Assembly: GCA_048013815.1 (NCBI GenBank)
Contig: CM106585.1
Span: forward strand, 13,392,001 to 13,456,000
Direction of reading: 5' to 3'
Origin: Setoptus koraiensis
Lineage: Eukaryota; Animalia; Arthropoda
DNA: 64,000 nucleotides
Shown here: piece by piece, positions 21,298-32,187 of the stretch
How positions within the stretch are numbered: the first letter of the stretch is position 1
How the letters are laid out: every line of letters starts with the position of its first letter
Program-made: the position numbers and the translations under genes
Notes under the pieces: model-generated
Database searches by the model: none
What the model saw: only the letters and a program-made list of their open reading frames with translations
What the model was told of the DNA's origin: nothing

Positions 21298-23043
21298 ATG
21301 GCGTCCCCCTCGAAGGATCCCGTCAGATCGTGTTCAGTTGACGACGCTAACGGTGGCAGTTTCGGGGCTGACAATTATGCCGCCTCCAGAGACAGTATCA
21401 AACGGAAGTTGTGCAAAATAATATCAAACAATTCAACATTGACCAGACAAAAGAACAGCTACAATTTCACCGACAGCTCGTCGTCGGCTACACAAGTCGG
21501 CGCTACAGCCAATAATTTCAACACAATGCCAGCCAACAGTAACTACACGAAAACACGCTCCGAATTGTCGAAACCAAAATTCGTTCCTCCGCCGCAAGTT
21601 CCCAATTCGACATCGTTCATTAACATAAGTCCGAATTGTTGCGTTGAAACGCCGACAGGAAGTAGCAACACAGCAAACACAAACAACGCTACTGATACGG
21701 TCCCCATTCGTCATCAAGGTCGCTTGGAGAAATATCCAGCATGCGATTTGGATGATCGTCAGTCTGTGATGCAATCTCAGATGTCTACTACGCCAGGAAA
21801 AGCCGTTTCTGGAGCACAAAATAATAATATCGATGACGCCAGCAACAGCCAAAGGGGTACATTTGTTTCGAGGGTAGGCAAAGCGTGTCCATTTATTGGG
21901 ATTATGCTGGCTATGGTGGCGTCGACGTCGTCCGTTATGGGCTCCACTTCAATCAAGTTGCAAGACTCGCTCAGAGGGCTCGAGTTTACATTCTATCGAA
22001 GTCAGTTCGAAATGTTGTACATGTTTGGTTGGATTTGTGTAGCTAGCAAACTTTACAAAATGAAAAATCTCAACTGGTCAACGATAGTGGACAGTTTTGC
22101 GCCTAATAATGGCGAGAGAATGCAGTACATTTCGAGGAGTTTCTTTTACGCCCTTGGCATCGGGATGTATTATCATGCCGTAGTGATAGTTCCCTTACCT
22201 GACTACACAACATTGCGCTTCACTCAGGCCATGTGGACACTCATTATAGCTCGCATTTTCCTCGGTGAACTATGCACCATAAACAAGATAATAGCGCTGA
22301 TATTGTCCATACTGGGGGTTGTTTTTATCACGCGACCAGACGACATTTTGAAGTTAATTGGCCTTCATGACCAGGCAGACGAATCTCTCTTGGCTACGAT
22401 TGTCGCTAATGACACAGCAACCAACTATACTTTGGTTGACGATCAGCACCTAGTGATGAATGATGAGGACGCAAACACCGAGTTAGAGGCCTATTCGTTT
22501 GTCTTAAAAATTATAGAGTCCAGACTTTTCGGTGACATGAGTGTTCTGCTCGGATCGTTGTCTTGCTCGGTCAGTTGGGTGCTGGTCAAATCGTGCAAAG
22601 CAACGCCAACCACAGTGCAAATGTTCTGGTTCTCCGTCTTCCTCGGCGCTGTGTCTAGCTTCATGGCAAGCTCCACCAGCTTCATCAGGCCCCTAGATGA
22701 TTGGTGGGCGTTGTTCATGATCTGGATGAATGTTGCCACCACCATGGTGGCACAAATATCCATGATATGGGCATTGAAATTTGAGGATTCGGGCGTAGTG
22801 TCTCTATTGAGGACCTTCGATATAGCTGTGGCGTTTCTGGTTAACATTTTGGTCCTTCATGAAGACATAACACTCACCAGTATTGTAGGATCTCTGCTGA
22901 TAGGCGGCAGTGTTGTGTTGCTAATGCTGGAAAAGATATTGGCCAGCAGACGAAGCTCAACCACTACACCCGATGAGACGTCGAGTAAGAGTGGTTGCTT
23001 TCTTTTTTCTATTTGCAGTAAAAAATCAACCAGCGTCAAATGA
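21298..23043 (+). CDS. SLC35G1: SLC35G1-like EamA transporter, copy 3 (581 aa)
   Basis: Same EamA motifs; N-terminal ~160 aa nearly identical to copy 2. Confidence 0.82.
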   Translation: MASPSKDPVRSCSVDDANGGSFGADNYAASRDSIKRKLCKIISNNSTLTRQKNSYNFTDSSSSATQVGATANNFNTMPANSNYTKTRSELSKPKFVPPPQVPNSTSFINISPNCCVETPTGSSNTANTNNATDTVPIRHQGRLEKYPACDLDDRQSVMQSQMSTTPGKAVSGAQNNNIDDASNSQRGTFVSRVGKACPFIGIMLAMVASTSSVMGSTSIKLQDSLRGLEFTFYRSQFEMLYMFGWICVASKLYKMKNLNWSTIVDSFAPNNGERMQYISRSFFYALGIGMYYHAVVIVPLPDYTTLRFTQAMWTLIIARIFLGELCTINKIIALILSILGVVFITRPDDILKLIGLHDQADESLLATIVANDTATNYTLVDDQHLVMNDEDANTELEAYSFVLKIIESRLFGDMSVLLGSLSCSVSWVLVKSCKATPTTVQMFWFSVFLGAVSSFMASSTSFIRPLDDWWALFMIWMNVATTMVAQISMIWALKFEDSGVVSLLRTFDIAVAFLVNILVLHEDITLTSIVGSLLIGGSVVLLMLEKILASRRSSTTTPDETSSKSGCFLFSICSKKSTSVK

Positions 23044-24130
23044 TGTTATAGGATTAAATTAATATCGGGTGACTTTCTGTAGTTTTTCTATGAGGCACCA
23101 ACAAAATGTTGTGCACTCACAACATATGTGAGAGACAATATGTGGCACTAAATTAATCAGAACTAAAACTCACAAATAAATTATGTTATCTTGTCGGTCA
23201 TATTGCTTCTCTCTCGGGAACAACCTGTGACCGCCCGAATTTCATTCCTTCCAAATTCGAAGTTCCAATTATCCGTTGCAGCACAATCTTTCGAACGATA
23301 ATGAACTGTGCCAGGGGGCTGTCAAAAAACGAAAACTGAATGTTTCATTGGTTTGAGTCAATTTCATCATCCTTCGCTTCTTTCATTTCTGCGATCAACA
23401 ACAGCCGCCATTTCTATAGGGTATATAGCGCCAATCTGTGTCAAAAGCTATTTCAAATCGAGATTTTTTAGTTATAATTATCTGGTCCAACAACCAGCAA
23501 CTAATAATTGCTAACAAGATCAACGAACATCAGATACATAAGGTTTTATTTTCACTCACAAGTTTCGACAGATTATCAGTTTTCGTGATCACTTGTTCGC
23601 AATACCATCTTACTAATTTTTCTTATTGCAGCATAATCATGATGCGGAAACTTTTCAGTTGTATAGAGCTCTTCCCACTCAAGCTGCGCCGAGTATCCAA
23701 TGATATATTAGCTTCTTTTCGGCTCTCTTCCACTACGAACAAGTCCTCTAGTTTAGGACCTAACTAGGGACGTTATTTCGCATCAATAGGGATGGCAAAA
23801 TCGGTTTTTACGAGACCCGGACTTCAAATTCTTCAACGGTTTACCGGTAGTAATCGGTTATCTAGATCGCTTTGGAGCAGTTTCAGGTTTTTAGAATAAC
23901 GAAATTCAAAAACTGGTAAATTGACATTCTTCGCTAACATCTAGTTGCGACATGATTCAAACGATTTCATGAAAACATACCCTGTTCTTCAATTTTTATG
24001 GAAGAAAACGACAGAACTGGGTGTTTCCAATGGGTCATAGAAAGTCTCAAATATCCGTTCAGATAGTTTGGCCTGAATACGGATTTTCAGAGTTTTGCCA
24101 TTAGAAGAAAAATTTCGGTTCGGAACCCAT

Positions 24131-25606
24131 TCAATTGGCTTGTCCATCAGGTTGCCCATCAGGTTCCTCAACAGGTTGCCCAGCAGGTTGCCCATCAGGC
24201 TGCCAAACAGGTTGCCCACCATAGCCGCCTTCCTCGGGAATTGTTTGTTGTGGGTTGCGTTTCCCATCAATGCCTAATTTTTTCCTCATCAAATCAGCTG
24301 CCATATCGATGCCCTCCGAACCAGCTTTCGAGCCTAATTCGCCCAATACTTTCGAAGAAACGCCGCCTTCTTCTGGCCCTCTATCCCTCGGTGCACGAAA
24401 ATTCGGATCTGGCCCGCCTTCATTATGGTTTGACCCTGGCCTTCCCTTAGGGGGGCTCGGCTGTGGCCTTCCTTTAGGCTGTGGCTTTTTCTTAGGAGGA
24501 CTCGGCTGTGGCCTTTTCTTAGGAGGGCTCGGCTTCTTAGCGGGTGTTATCTTTTTTGGTCGGGGGCGCGTTCTTCCTCCTCCCCTTGCAGAATATGCCT
24601 GCCGGTCTACTGAAGAACTGGAATCTGCGCCTCCCTCTGGCTCTTGATCCCTCGGCTCAGGTATATTTGGGATCTCTATATTCGGATCTCCCCGGCCATG
24701 AGAATGGCCCGTGTCTGGCTTTCCTTTGGGACGGCTCGGCGGTGGCTTTCCTTTAGGAGGGCTTGGCTTCTTGGGAGCTGGTATCTTTTTTGGGGGTCGG
24801 GGGCGGGGGCGCATTCTTACTCCTCCCCTTGCAAAATATGCTTGCCGGTCTACTGAAGACCTGGAACCTGCGCCTCCCTCTGGCTCTTGATCCCTTGGCT
24901 CAGGTATATTCGGGATTTCAATATTCGGATCTCCCCGGCCATGAGAATGGCCCGTGTCTGGCTTCCCTTTGGGACGGCTCGGCGGTGGCTTTCCTTTAGG
25001 AGGGCTCGGCTTCTTGGGGGCTGGTATCTTTTTTGGGGGTCGGGGGCGGGGGCGCATTCTTACTCCTCCCCTTGCAAAATATGCTTGCCGTTCCATTGGG
25101 GCCTCCGACAAGAGTACAGGCCATCGCCTGTCCTCTTCCAACGTAGTGAAGGTATTCGTTGATGGGTCCCTTTCGTCAGACGTGTAAGGAGTGAATTTAA
25201 AGCTCAGTTCGTCTGAAGAATTGGAATCTGCGCCTCCCTCTGGCTCTTGATCCCTCGGCTCAGGTATATTCGGGATCTCAATATTCGGATCTCTCCGGCC
25301 ATGAGAATGGCCCGTGTCTGGCTTTCCTTTGGGACGGCTCGGCGGTGGCTTTCCTTTAGGAGGGCGCGGCTTCTTGGGGGCTGGTATCTTTTTTGGGGGT
25401 CGGGGGCGGGGGCGCATTCTTACTCCTCCCCTTGCAAAATATGCTTGCCGTTCCATTGGGGCCTCCGACAAGAGTACAGGCCATCGCCTGTCCTCTTCCA
25501 ACGTAGTGAAGGTATTCGTTGATGGGTACGTTTCGTCAGACGGTAACGGACCAAGGCTGCCGGAAACCGCGGAAAAGGACAACACAACTGCGCAGAAAGT
25601 AATCAT
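24131..25606 (-). CDS. Secreted Pro/Lys/Arg-rich tandem-repeat protein (491 aa from ATG 25606)
   Basis: Signal-like MITFCAVVLSFSAVSG. Four copies (last one degenerate) of RQAYFARGGVRMRPRPRPPKKIPAPKKP..HSHG..EPEGGA at spacings of 120, 81 and 81 aa. C-terminal QPxG 12-nt repeats. Long open frame kept through the repeats. The ORF track start at 25615 is a TTG. Confidence 0.78.
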   Translation of the reverse strand: MITFCAVVLSFSAVSGSLGPLPSDETYPSTNTFTTLEEDRRWPVLLSEAPMERQAYFARGGVRMRPRPRPPKKIPAPKKPRPPKGKPPPSRPKGKPDTGHSHGRRDPNIEIPNIPEPRDQEPEGGADSNSSDELSFKFTPYTSDERDPSTNTFTTLEEDRRWPVLLSEAPMERQAYFARGGVRMRPRPRPPKKIPAPKKPSPPKGKPPPSRPKGKPDTGHSHGRGDPNIEIPNIPEPRDQEPEGGAGSRSSVDRQAYFARGGVRMRPRPRPPKKIPAPKKPSPPKGKPPPSRPKGKPDTGHSHGRGDPNIEIPNIPEPRDQEPEGGADSSSSVDRQAYSARGGGRTRPRPKKITPAKKPSPPKKRPQPSPPKKKPQPKGRPQPSPPKGRPGSNHNEGGPDPNFRAPRDRGPEEGGVSSKVLGELGSKAGSEGIDMAADLMRKKLGIDGKRNPQQTIPEEGGYGGQPVWQPDGQPAGQPVEEPDGQPDGQAN

Positions 25607-26854
25607 GGTAGACAAGTTATAGTGTTAAGAGATAGTTTTTTTATTGTTTTTAAGATAATCAGATTTGTGACTGAAAGTTGTTGCAAATCACCAGCACCAT
25701 CAAGAAGCACTTACGCAAAATGAGGGAAGCAAGGAATTCCCAACCAAACGAAACATTGGGTCCAATTGAGTTCGACGACATTTTCTATATATGCGGGTCA
25801 ATCAGTAGGCCAATAGTAATTGTTAGAGGTGCTTGATAAACAACTGAACATTGGGCAGCAATTGTACATTAAAAGAGTTTTTAGTTTTAGTACACCAACA
25901 CAAAAACAACTTAGGCTGTTGAAATTGAGGCATCATGAATGTATCAGGTTGCATCACTACACATAACCGTCAATCATTAACTGGATGAAAAATACAAGTT
26001 TACAACCCTGATTGCCATGCTAGATCATAATTAAATCGTGAAACGCTCAACATTTTATTTATGGCTTAGTTCTGCCATCTGAAAATCTGTTAGACGTTGC
26101 TTTCGTGCTGCAATGATCAAATTATAAGTGGGCTCATTTTTCTTCAAACGCATAGATAAGATAACGAGAGCAATGTCTAGATAAATGAGAACGAATTTAA
26201 GAAAATTGCAAACTATATTATCAAGTTGAAATGGGGGAAAGGCCTTCAGTTCAAGAAACGCAATGGAGAGAGAGTGAGTTTTGGAAATTAGTTATAGACT
26301 CAGAGTACAAGAGATATCGTTTGGGACCTCGCCTCACGTATGAAGACTGCGAGATAGCCCAATTAACCGAAATGGCCCGTCACCTATAGCACCCACCTGA
26401 GCCTCCGGAAATTCTTGGTTCATGTCCGTATTGCAGATATTATATTATTATTTTATTTTATATAGTAATGTAATGTGCATGTGATTACAGCAAAACTCTA
26501 CATTAAATCGACTGTCCAGAGGGGGTTCAGCGAGAAAAGGTCCATCGAAAAGTTGAAGAACGAAAAGTTTCTGTAGCTTTTTCTAATCGATTGAACACTA
26601 TTGACTTGAAAATTGTATCGAGCGAATTTTCACCAATCTACCGGACGTGAACAACAAGGTCAGATATGACCGGCGACAATAGTCTGTTATTAGACTAATA
26701 ATATTAGTGCGACCTCATTGAGGTCGATATTTTTTTTTGTTCATCTGGATATATCACACAAACACACACATTCAATGTGTCCGAGACACATGCACAAATA
26801 GAGATATTATAAATATTTACATCATTTTTCTTCTAGCTTCAACATACTCAATTG

Positions 26855-29545
26855 TCATAAAGTTTTCTGTTTGAACGATGACGGTTCCATTTGTTCGGCC
26901 AGGAGTCTGGTCTTGTCGCAGTTATGTGTTTCGATGTTTTGTTGCTGTTGTTTATCTGAGCTGTCTCCGTTGGCCAATGGATGTCGCTTTTTGTAGCCAA
27001 TCATTTGCCTGGGAAGCACCAATTCCTCTATGGCTATGAGGGGATATTCGATAAGTATTGCGGCAAAGAATGACACCGCCAATGTTGAAACAATCAGAAA
27101 TATGGCATGCGCAATCAAGTCTGTATATCTGACTAAATGAGATCCATTGTGGGCCATCATGTAAACAGCTAAAACTTCGCCTTGAACTAAATAGCCACAA
27201 TAGCTTAGTCTGACAAGTATTTGCCACACGCTAGACGACAGAAATTTTCTCAGCCATTTCACCTGGCCCTGGGCTATGGCAAATATGAGCCAACACGAGC
27301 AAGTGGCCCACAATGGTCTGATTAGGGCCGAGCTGAGACTGAACAAATATATTTGGATGTCCTTCGCGACGGGCGGCACAAATTTAAGTATAAATGTCAG
27401 CAGCATAAATGTGGCACAAACCAGTGTCCAGATGATAGTGTTGGCCTTGTCGCTCAATTGCAACTGTATCTGCTTCGTCTCTATGGAAAACAACAAATGG
27501 CCCGCAATGAGGCCCACCAAATAAGCTGCTATTCTGCTGTAGGGTCTCGAGTACACCTCGCCGAAGCTGTTGATCATGTTGCTGGCTGTTTCTGGCCGAA
27601 ATTCCAGCAACGCGTCCAGGTCTATTTCTGACGATTTCAACGCCAACACAAACACAAGCGCAATGTTTGCCACAATGGCCAGTGCCGTAATTACGTAACC
27701 GCGGTGGCGCGATTTCGCTATAGCCGCCACAAATATCGGTGTAACAAGCCAAAATTTAATACCGTTGGCAATGAACCAGGCAAACGGAACGCAGTGCTCC
27801 TTGGGACCCTTGAAATCGGCCCAATGAAACAGGGCCACCAGCCACGATTCCTGGCTGCACTGCAAACGGGGACTGTTCTCTGAGGTCATATAATCCCAGA
27901 ATGGGCCCGAACTGAGCAGGTGACCCATAGATTTCGCGTACCAGAATGCGATGAGATACAACGGGGTGAGGCGCCAATATCTGTGCACTGTCGCGAATAT
28001 GTACTCTGGCACAGTCAACAGGCCGGCCTTTGTTTTGAACATTAAATAAGAGGCCAGAATGCCGCTGACAGCGAAAAATGTGTCCACGACAAGATGGGCC
28101 GACAGATAAAAGGACGACAACAGCGTCTTGTTGAGCGTGTCGAACAGCACCAAATTGCTGGCCATGGTTGGGCCAATCAAAATCGAGTGCGCCCCTATTA
28201 TCCAGAACAAACTCAGACATTTAATGCCGGCCAAACTGTCGAGAAAATGCTCGCCGTTTGTCTCCTTCACGTGGGTGATTTTTTGGAAATTTCTCGTTAT
28301 CGAGAAGGCCTCTATAATGACGATTTTCCAATATCTGTTGCTGGCGCCGACCGACTGTTGTTGTTGTTGCTGGTGGGCGACGGGCTGCACCGACGACGCC
28401 GGTGGCGGCGGTCCGAATCCGTCCTTCAGGGGCGGACTGTTGTCGATGAGTGTGGCCACTAGACAACTGAACACGAACAGGCCAATCACTGCGAGAAAAC
28501 CGATTGTCATTTTGGAGAATTGTCGTATCTCGCTGGTCGGATGGGGCAAACAAAACACTTGAGTCATCTCTAGTTCGCTGTAAAGCGGCACACTCGACAG
28601 ATGAATTTTCGCCATATTGTTCACCTTATCCCTGAAATGATCCTCTAGCATGGAATTTGTGCACGCTTCGGGCAGACAAACGCCTAATCTGATCGAGTTG
28701 AGGGTGTCCTTTTTGTTCCAACTGGGCGCGTGGGCCGTCATAATACAATATTGACTGTTGACAACTGTTGCCTGTTGTGTGTCGTCACTCGAAACGGTTA
28801 TTTTGGTGTCCAAACATTGCGTGTAAGAGCCCAACCAAAACGAATTGCCCATGTGCACGCCCGCTTCCGGTCTGCCATAAGCGTCGGATAATATGAGCGC
28901 CTGCGGGGCCAATTTACTGTCTAGCGAACTGGCGTGCCTCACCTCATCTAAAAGTTTGGCGTAATAGTTCAAATAATGGCCACATCGCGCTATGTGAGCT
29001 GTGTTGTTGCTGTCAAGAAAATGGGCATCGCCCGCATAACGGGCAGATTTTCTGTATGAGCTTATATCGAGAGAGTAAGCTCTCATTTGGTGAGATCTGC
29101 TAATTGGCTCAAACATAAATTTGGACACCGCTTTCAATTGGGGCCGCTTGTCCTGACTGGCCGACATGATGAGATTGGTGGCATGATGGTGGTTGCACGC
29201 GTCCAGTTTGTTTGCGGCGCCATCAGCGCTGTGCAAATGACAGGCCAGAGATTTTTTGGTGATTTGCGGCACCGCGTTGCCGTGCTCATCGATGGCAACC
29301 AATTTGTTGGCATTATGATTGTTGCTTGCCGTGGTGTTTATCGTTGCGTTTGCCGTTCTAATCACCACAGGTTGCTGCTCGCTGCTATCGGAACATTTGT
29401 CGCCGTTGTCAGGTGCGTGAGGCAGATGACAATGGTGCTCGTTGTCTTGTTTTTCGGCACATATCGATAATCTGGAATGGTGGCTTGTAAAGCAAATTAC
29501 TATCACTACGATGGCGGCTATATTGTTGCACGTGACACGATGCAT
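26855..29545 (-). CDS. nrf-6: Nose-resistant-to-fluoxetine-6 (NRF-6)-like protein: NRF domain plus acyltransferase-3 (OafA-like) multi-TM domain, 896 aa, intronless
   Basis: NRF motif DAYGRPEAGVHMGNSFWLGSYTQCL...LGVCLPEAC. AT3 motifs LAGIKCLSLFWIIGAH, VVDTFFAVSGILASY, HRYWRLTPLY, WFIANGIKFWLVTP, YSRPYSRIAAYLVG and RLSYCGYLV. First ATG at 29545 (ORF track begins at GTG 29572). Confidence 0.92.
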   Translation of the reverse strand: MHRVTCNNIAAIVVIVICFTSHHSRLSICAEKQDNEHHCHLPHAPDNGDKCSDSSEQQPVVIRTANATINTTASNNHNANKLVAIDEHGNAVPQITKKSLACHLHSADGAANKLDACNHHHATNLIMSASQDKRPQLKAVSKFMFEPISRSHQMRAYSLDISSYRKSARYAGDAHFLDSNNTAHIARCGHYLNYYAKLLDEVRHASSLDSKLAPQALILSDAYGRPEAGVHMGNSFWLGSYTQCLDTKITVSSDDTQQATVVNSQYCIMTAHAPSWNKKDTLNSIRLGVCLPEACTNSMLEDHFRDKVNNMAKIHLSSVPLYSELEMTQVFCLPHPTSEIRQFSKMTIGFLAVIGLFVFSCLVATLIDNSPPLKDGFGPPPPASSVQPVAHQQQQQQSVGASNRYWKIVIIEAFSITRNFQKITHVKETNGEHFLDSLAGIKCLSLFWIIGAHSILIGPTMASNLVLFDTLNKTLLSSFYLSAHLVVDTFFAVSGILASYLMFKTKAGLLTVPEYIFATVHRYWRLTPLYLIAFWYAKSMGHLLSSGPFWDYMTSENSPRLQCSQESWLVALFHWADFKGPKEHCVPFAWFIANGIKFWLVTPIFVAAIAKSRHRGYVITALAIVANIALVFVLALKSSEIDLDALLEFRPETASNMINSFGEVYSRPYSRIAAYLVGLIAGHLLFSIETKQIQLQLSDKANTIIWTLVCATFMLLTFILKFVPPVAKDIQIYLFSLSSALIRPLWATCSCWLIFAIAQGQVKWLRKFLSSSVWQILVRLSYCGYLVQGEVLAVYMMAHNGSHLVRYTDLIAHAIFLIVSTLAVSFFAAILIEYPLIAIEELVLPRQMIGYKKRHPLANGDSSDKQQQQNIETHNCDKTRLLAEQMEPSSFKQKTL

Positions 29546-29789
29546 CGTTGCGGGGGCGAGCTGGGGGGGCACTTTTATTTGTCAAATTATCACTGCGAGG
29601 CGAAAATCCATGCGTTATGGATTGTCGAAACTCTGAATTGATTGACTTCCGGGCTATTGAACTTCGAGCTTGTACGCTCTTCGAGACGCCGAATTTCGCG
29701 AGCTGCTCACTGTTGACTGTTCGTGTAGTGTGTGAATGCTGGCCCACGATTTTTCGGACTGTCAACTTCTTCTCTACTTTGGTTTTTGC

Positions 29790-30000
29790 TTTTTCGCGCT
29801 GCGAACTCTTTGGTTTGTCGGTTTTTCGCTATTTGATTTTCGCTTTTTCGGTCTCTCGGTATTTGGCTTTTTCGGTTTTTCGCTATTTGATTTTCGCTTA
29901 TTCGGTTTTTCGGGTTTTGGCTTTTTGGCTTTTCGGCTTTTTGGCTTTTCGGCTTTTTCGCTTTTCGGCTTTTTCGGGTTTTGGCTTTTTGGCTTTTCGA
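29790..30000. repeat. Degenerate T-tract array (TTTTCGG/TTTTGGC/TTTTCGC units)
   Basis: 7-9 nt units plus a duplicated GTTTTTCGCTATTTGATTTTCGCTT block. Confidence 0.85.
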
Positions 30001-32096
30001 GAGGCGCGCGAGCTTGCGAATTGTCAATTTTTCTCTCTGGAACTTGCGTTGCTGGCACGGCGACAATAGCACGTGGTGGCGGAACGTGACGTTCGCGTAA
30101 TCCGACGCTAAAACCACGATATAACGGGTCGATACTACAGATGGATGATACAGATACGAACGGTGACAGTCGGTGGCGCACAAACAAATGAACTGGCCCA
30201 ATGACAGGGATGCAAATCACTTGGTTGCTGTGTGGTGACTACGCGACTCTTGTGTCAGATAGCTATTCGGTGGTGGTGCTGTTGTTGCTGCTGCTGCATC
30301 TTGCGCCGCCGATCACACCCGATACACACATTGATCCGGCCGAGATACAGTATATCGGCTGCGATCTGATGAACAGCCACTAGTTAATGGAGCTATTATC
30401 ACTTTTCACTTGACTCAATTCTCGAGCCGGACTGACTGCTTGCAAATTGAATCGCTGCCACTTGTTGCTGTTGCTGATTTGTATCAACTTGGCCGCAAAC
30501 TTGTTGCTGCTCGCTCGCTCGCTCGCTCGCTTGTTTGTTTGTTTGTCTAGCTGTTTGTGTGTTTGCCAAATGTTGATCATATGCTGCTGTTGCTGGTGTG
30601 CCGGTCTATATGACTTTTGTGTGTATGTCTCACCTTGTGAGTGTGTGAACAAAAAACAACTGCTGTAATCTAGACACAAGTTGATCAGTGTTTGCTCAAT
30701 TTTGCTAACTCGAATAAACTAATGTAACCACTCTTTGAGCACATGAGTCAGTGATACAACAAACAAGTGTGTGTGTGTGTGTGCGAAACAGATTAGACTT
30801 TGTTTGTTGTTGCAGAAAAGTTAATTGGTGCTGCTCACTTAATCTAATATCTCCCAATATCGTCTTTGAATTTTTGATCAATCTCTCGCGTTGAGTTTGT
30901 GTATTATCATTATTTATCGGCACTCGGCTAATCCGATCGGCGGTGCTGCCGTGCCAGCAGATAACTACAGTCACGTCGCAATGTTTGCCCGGCTACGGGA
31001 CGATGACTAACACTAATGAATTTCACTTCTTGCTGGCCTACTCAAATGCACTCATTAAACGATGCTCGACGGGCGACCAGAAATAGATATCCGATGCGAT
31101 CTGGCATCTATTTTTTAATATTTATTTTAATATTTATTTATTTCTTGTAATTTCACTGTTGATTGCTTTACACTGTCGATGCTGCTGCTGCTGCTGCTGC
31201 GATGGTTGTGGCTCGCGACGAGGCCATTTCCATCATGATTTCGGAGTATCTTGTTGCTCACTCGACGAGAAGAACTAGACTCGACGCACAAACGATTGCA
31301 GCATTCAGAATCGCCCTTTCGCCAGCACCATTTTCGTAACACCGCATGGACATGCTGACCACGTGATCATGGCACAAGCGACGGTAGTAAACAACAAGTG
31401 TTTCGTACGATACAGGCGCTCGTTATCGCATCAATCGCTGCCAATCGCAAGCCGTATTTTGCCATAGACGACGCTCAATGCGACGATTGCACGATTGAGC
31501 TGCTGAATTCATCCACACCGCGGCCAATCGGTCCCCATTCCGGCGCTTGACCATTGGCCGTGACAGGTGCACAAATGTGCCCAATGCTCTTGCTCAAACT
31601 GCAACAAGTGCCTGTCGACGATGAACAAAACCATACACACACCATTACACACGGTCGTAGCACGCCGTCAACCGGTGCTACCGCTAACTAGTGGAAGCAC
31701 CGTGCCGTTGCCGTGGAATTTTCCTTTCAGTCGTGCAATCTTTTTCCACCAGGTGACCATTGTTTGTCTGAGCAACAACCTGTACAGTTTCATCAGCGCT
31801 CTTGTCTATCAACAGCGCAGTATTTTTCCGTTACTATCTGTTGCAAGCGAGGCCATACAAGGTTTCGTTAGGCGCTTTCGGAAAGTGAAAAATGATGAAA
31901 AAATGATGGAAAAAAACCGTCGAAAAAAACCAACAAGAAACAGAAAAAAAAGGCACGAGCAAAAAAATCTAGAGTAATCACAAGCATGACATCAACGGCA
32001 GGTGTCATCAGCAACTCGTTTATCACTTGTGCATCACTGCTGCTCTATAGATATCGCGCCGGCTCGTTGAAGTAACCGACCGAGTCGCTGTGACAA

Positions 32097-32187
32097 ACTT
32101 TTTCGGCTCATCAAATTTTTGGTTTGTTCAACTTTTTCGGCTCATCAAATTTTCGGTTTGTTCCACTTTTTCGGCTCATCACATTTT
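32097..32187. repeat. 34-bp tandem repeat, about 2.7 copies
   Basis: ACTTTTTCGGCTCATCAAATTTT.. starts at 32097, 32131 and 32165. Confidence 0.88.

Noticed and set aside
13681-23261. Shared 13-mers (TTCCAAATTCGAA at 13681 and about 23249; GTCAGTTATCCTC at about 13780 and 16457) as possible MITE ends
   Set aside because: Matches of this length are expected by chance many times in 64 kb; no TIR/TSD structure was seen.
29548-30220. Lys/Pro-rich and Phe-rich ORFs of 117-173 aa
   Set aside because: Stop-free frames produced by the T-tract array in the nrf-6 upstream region.
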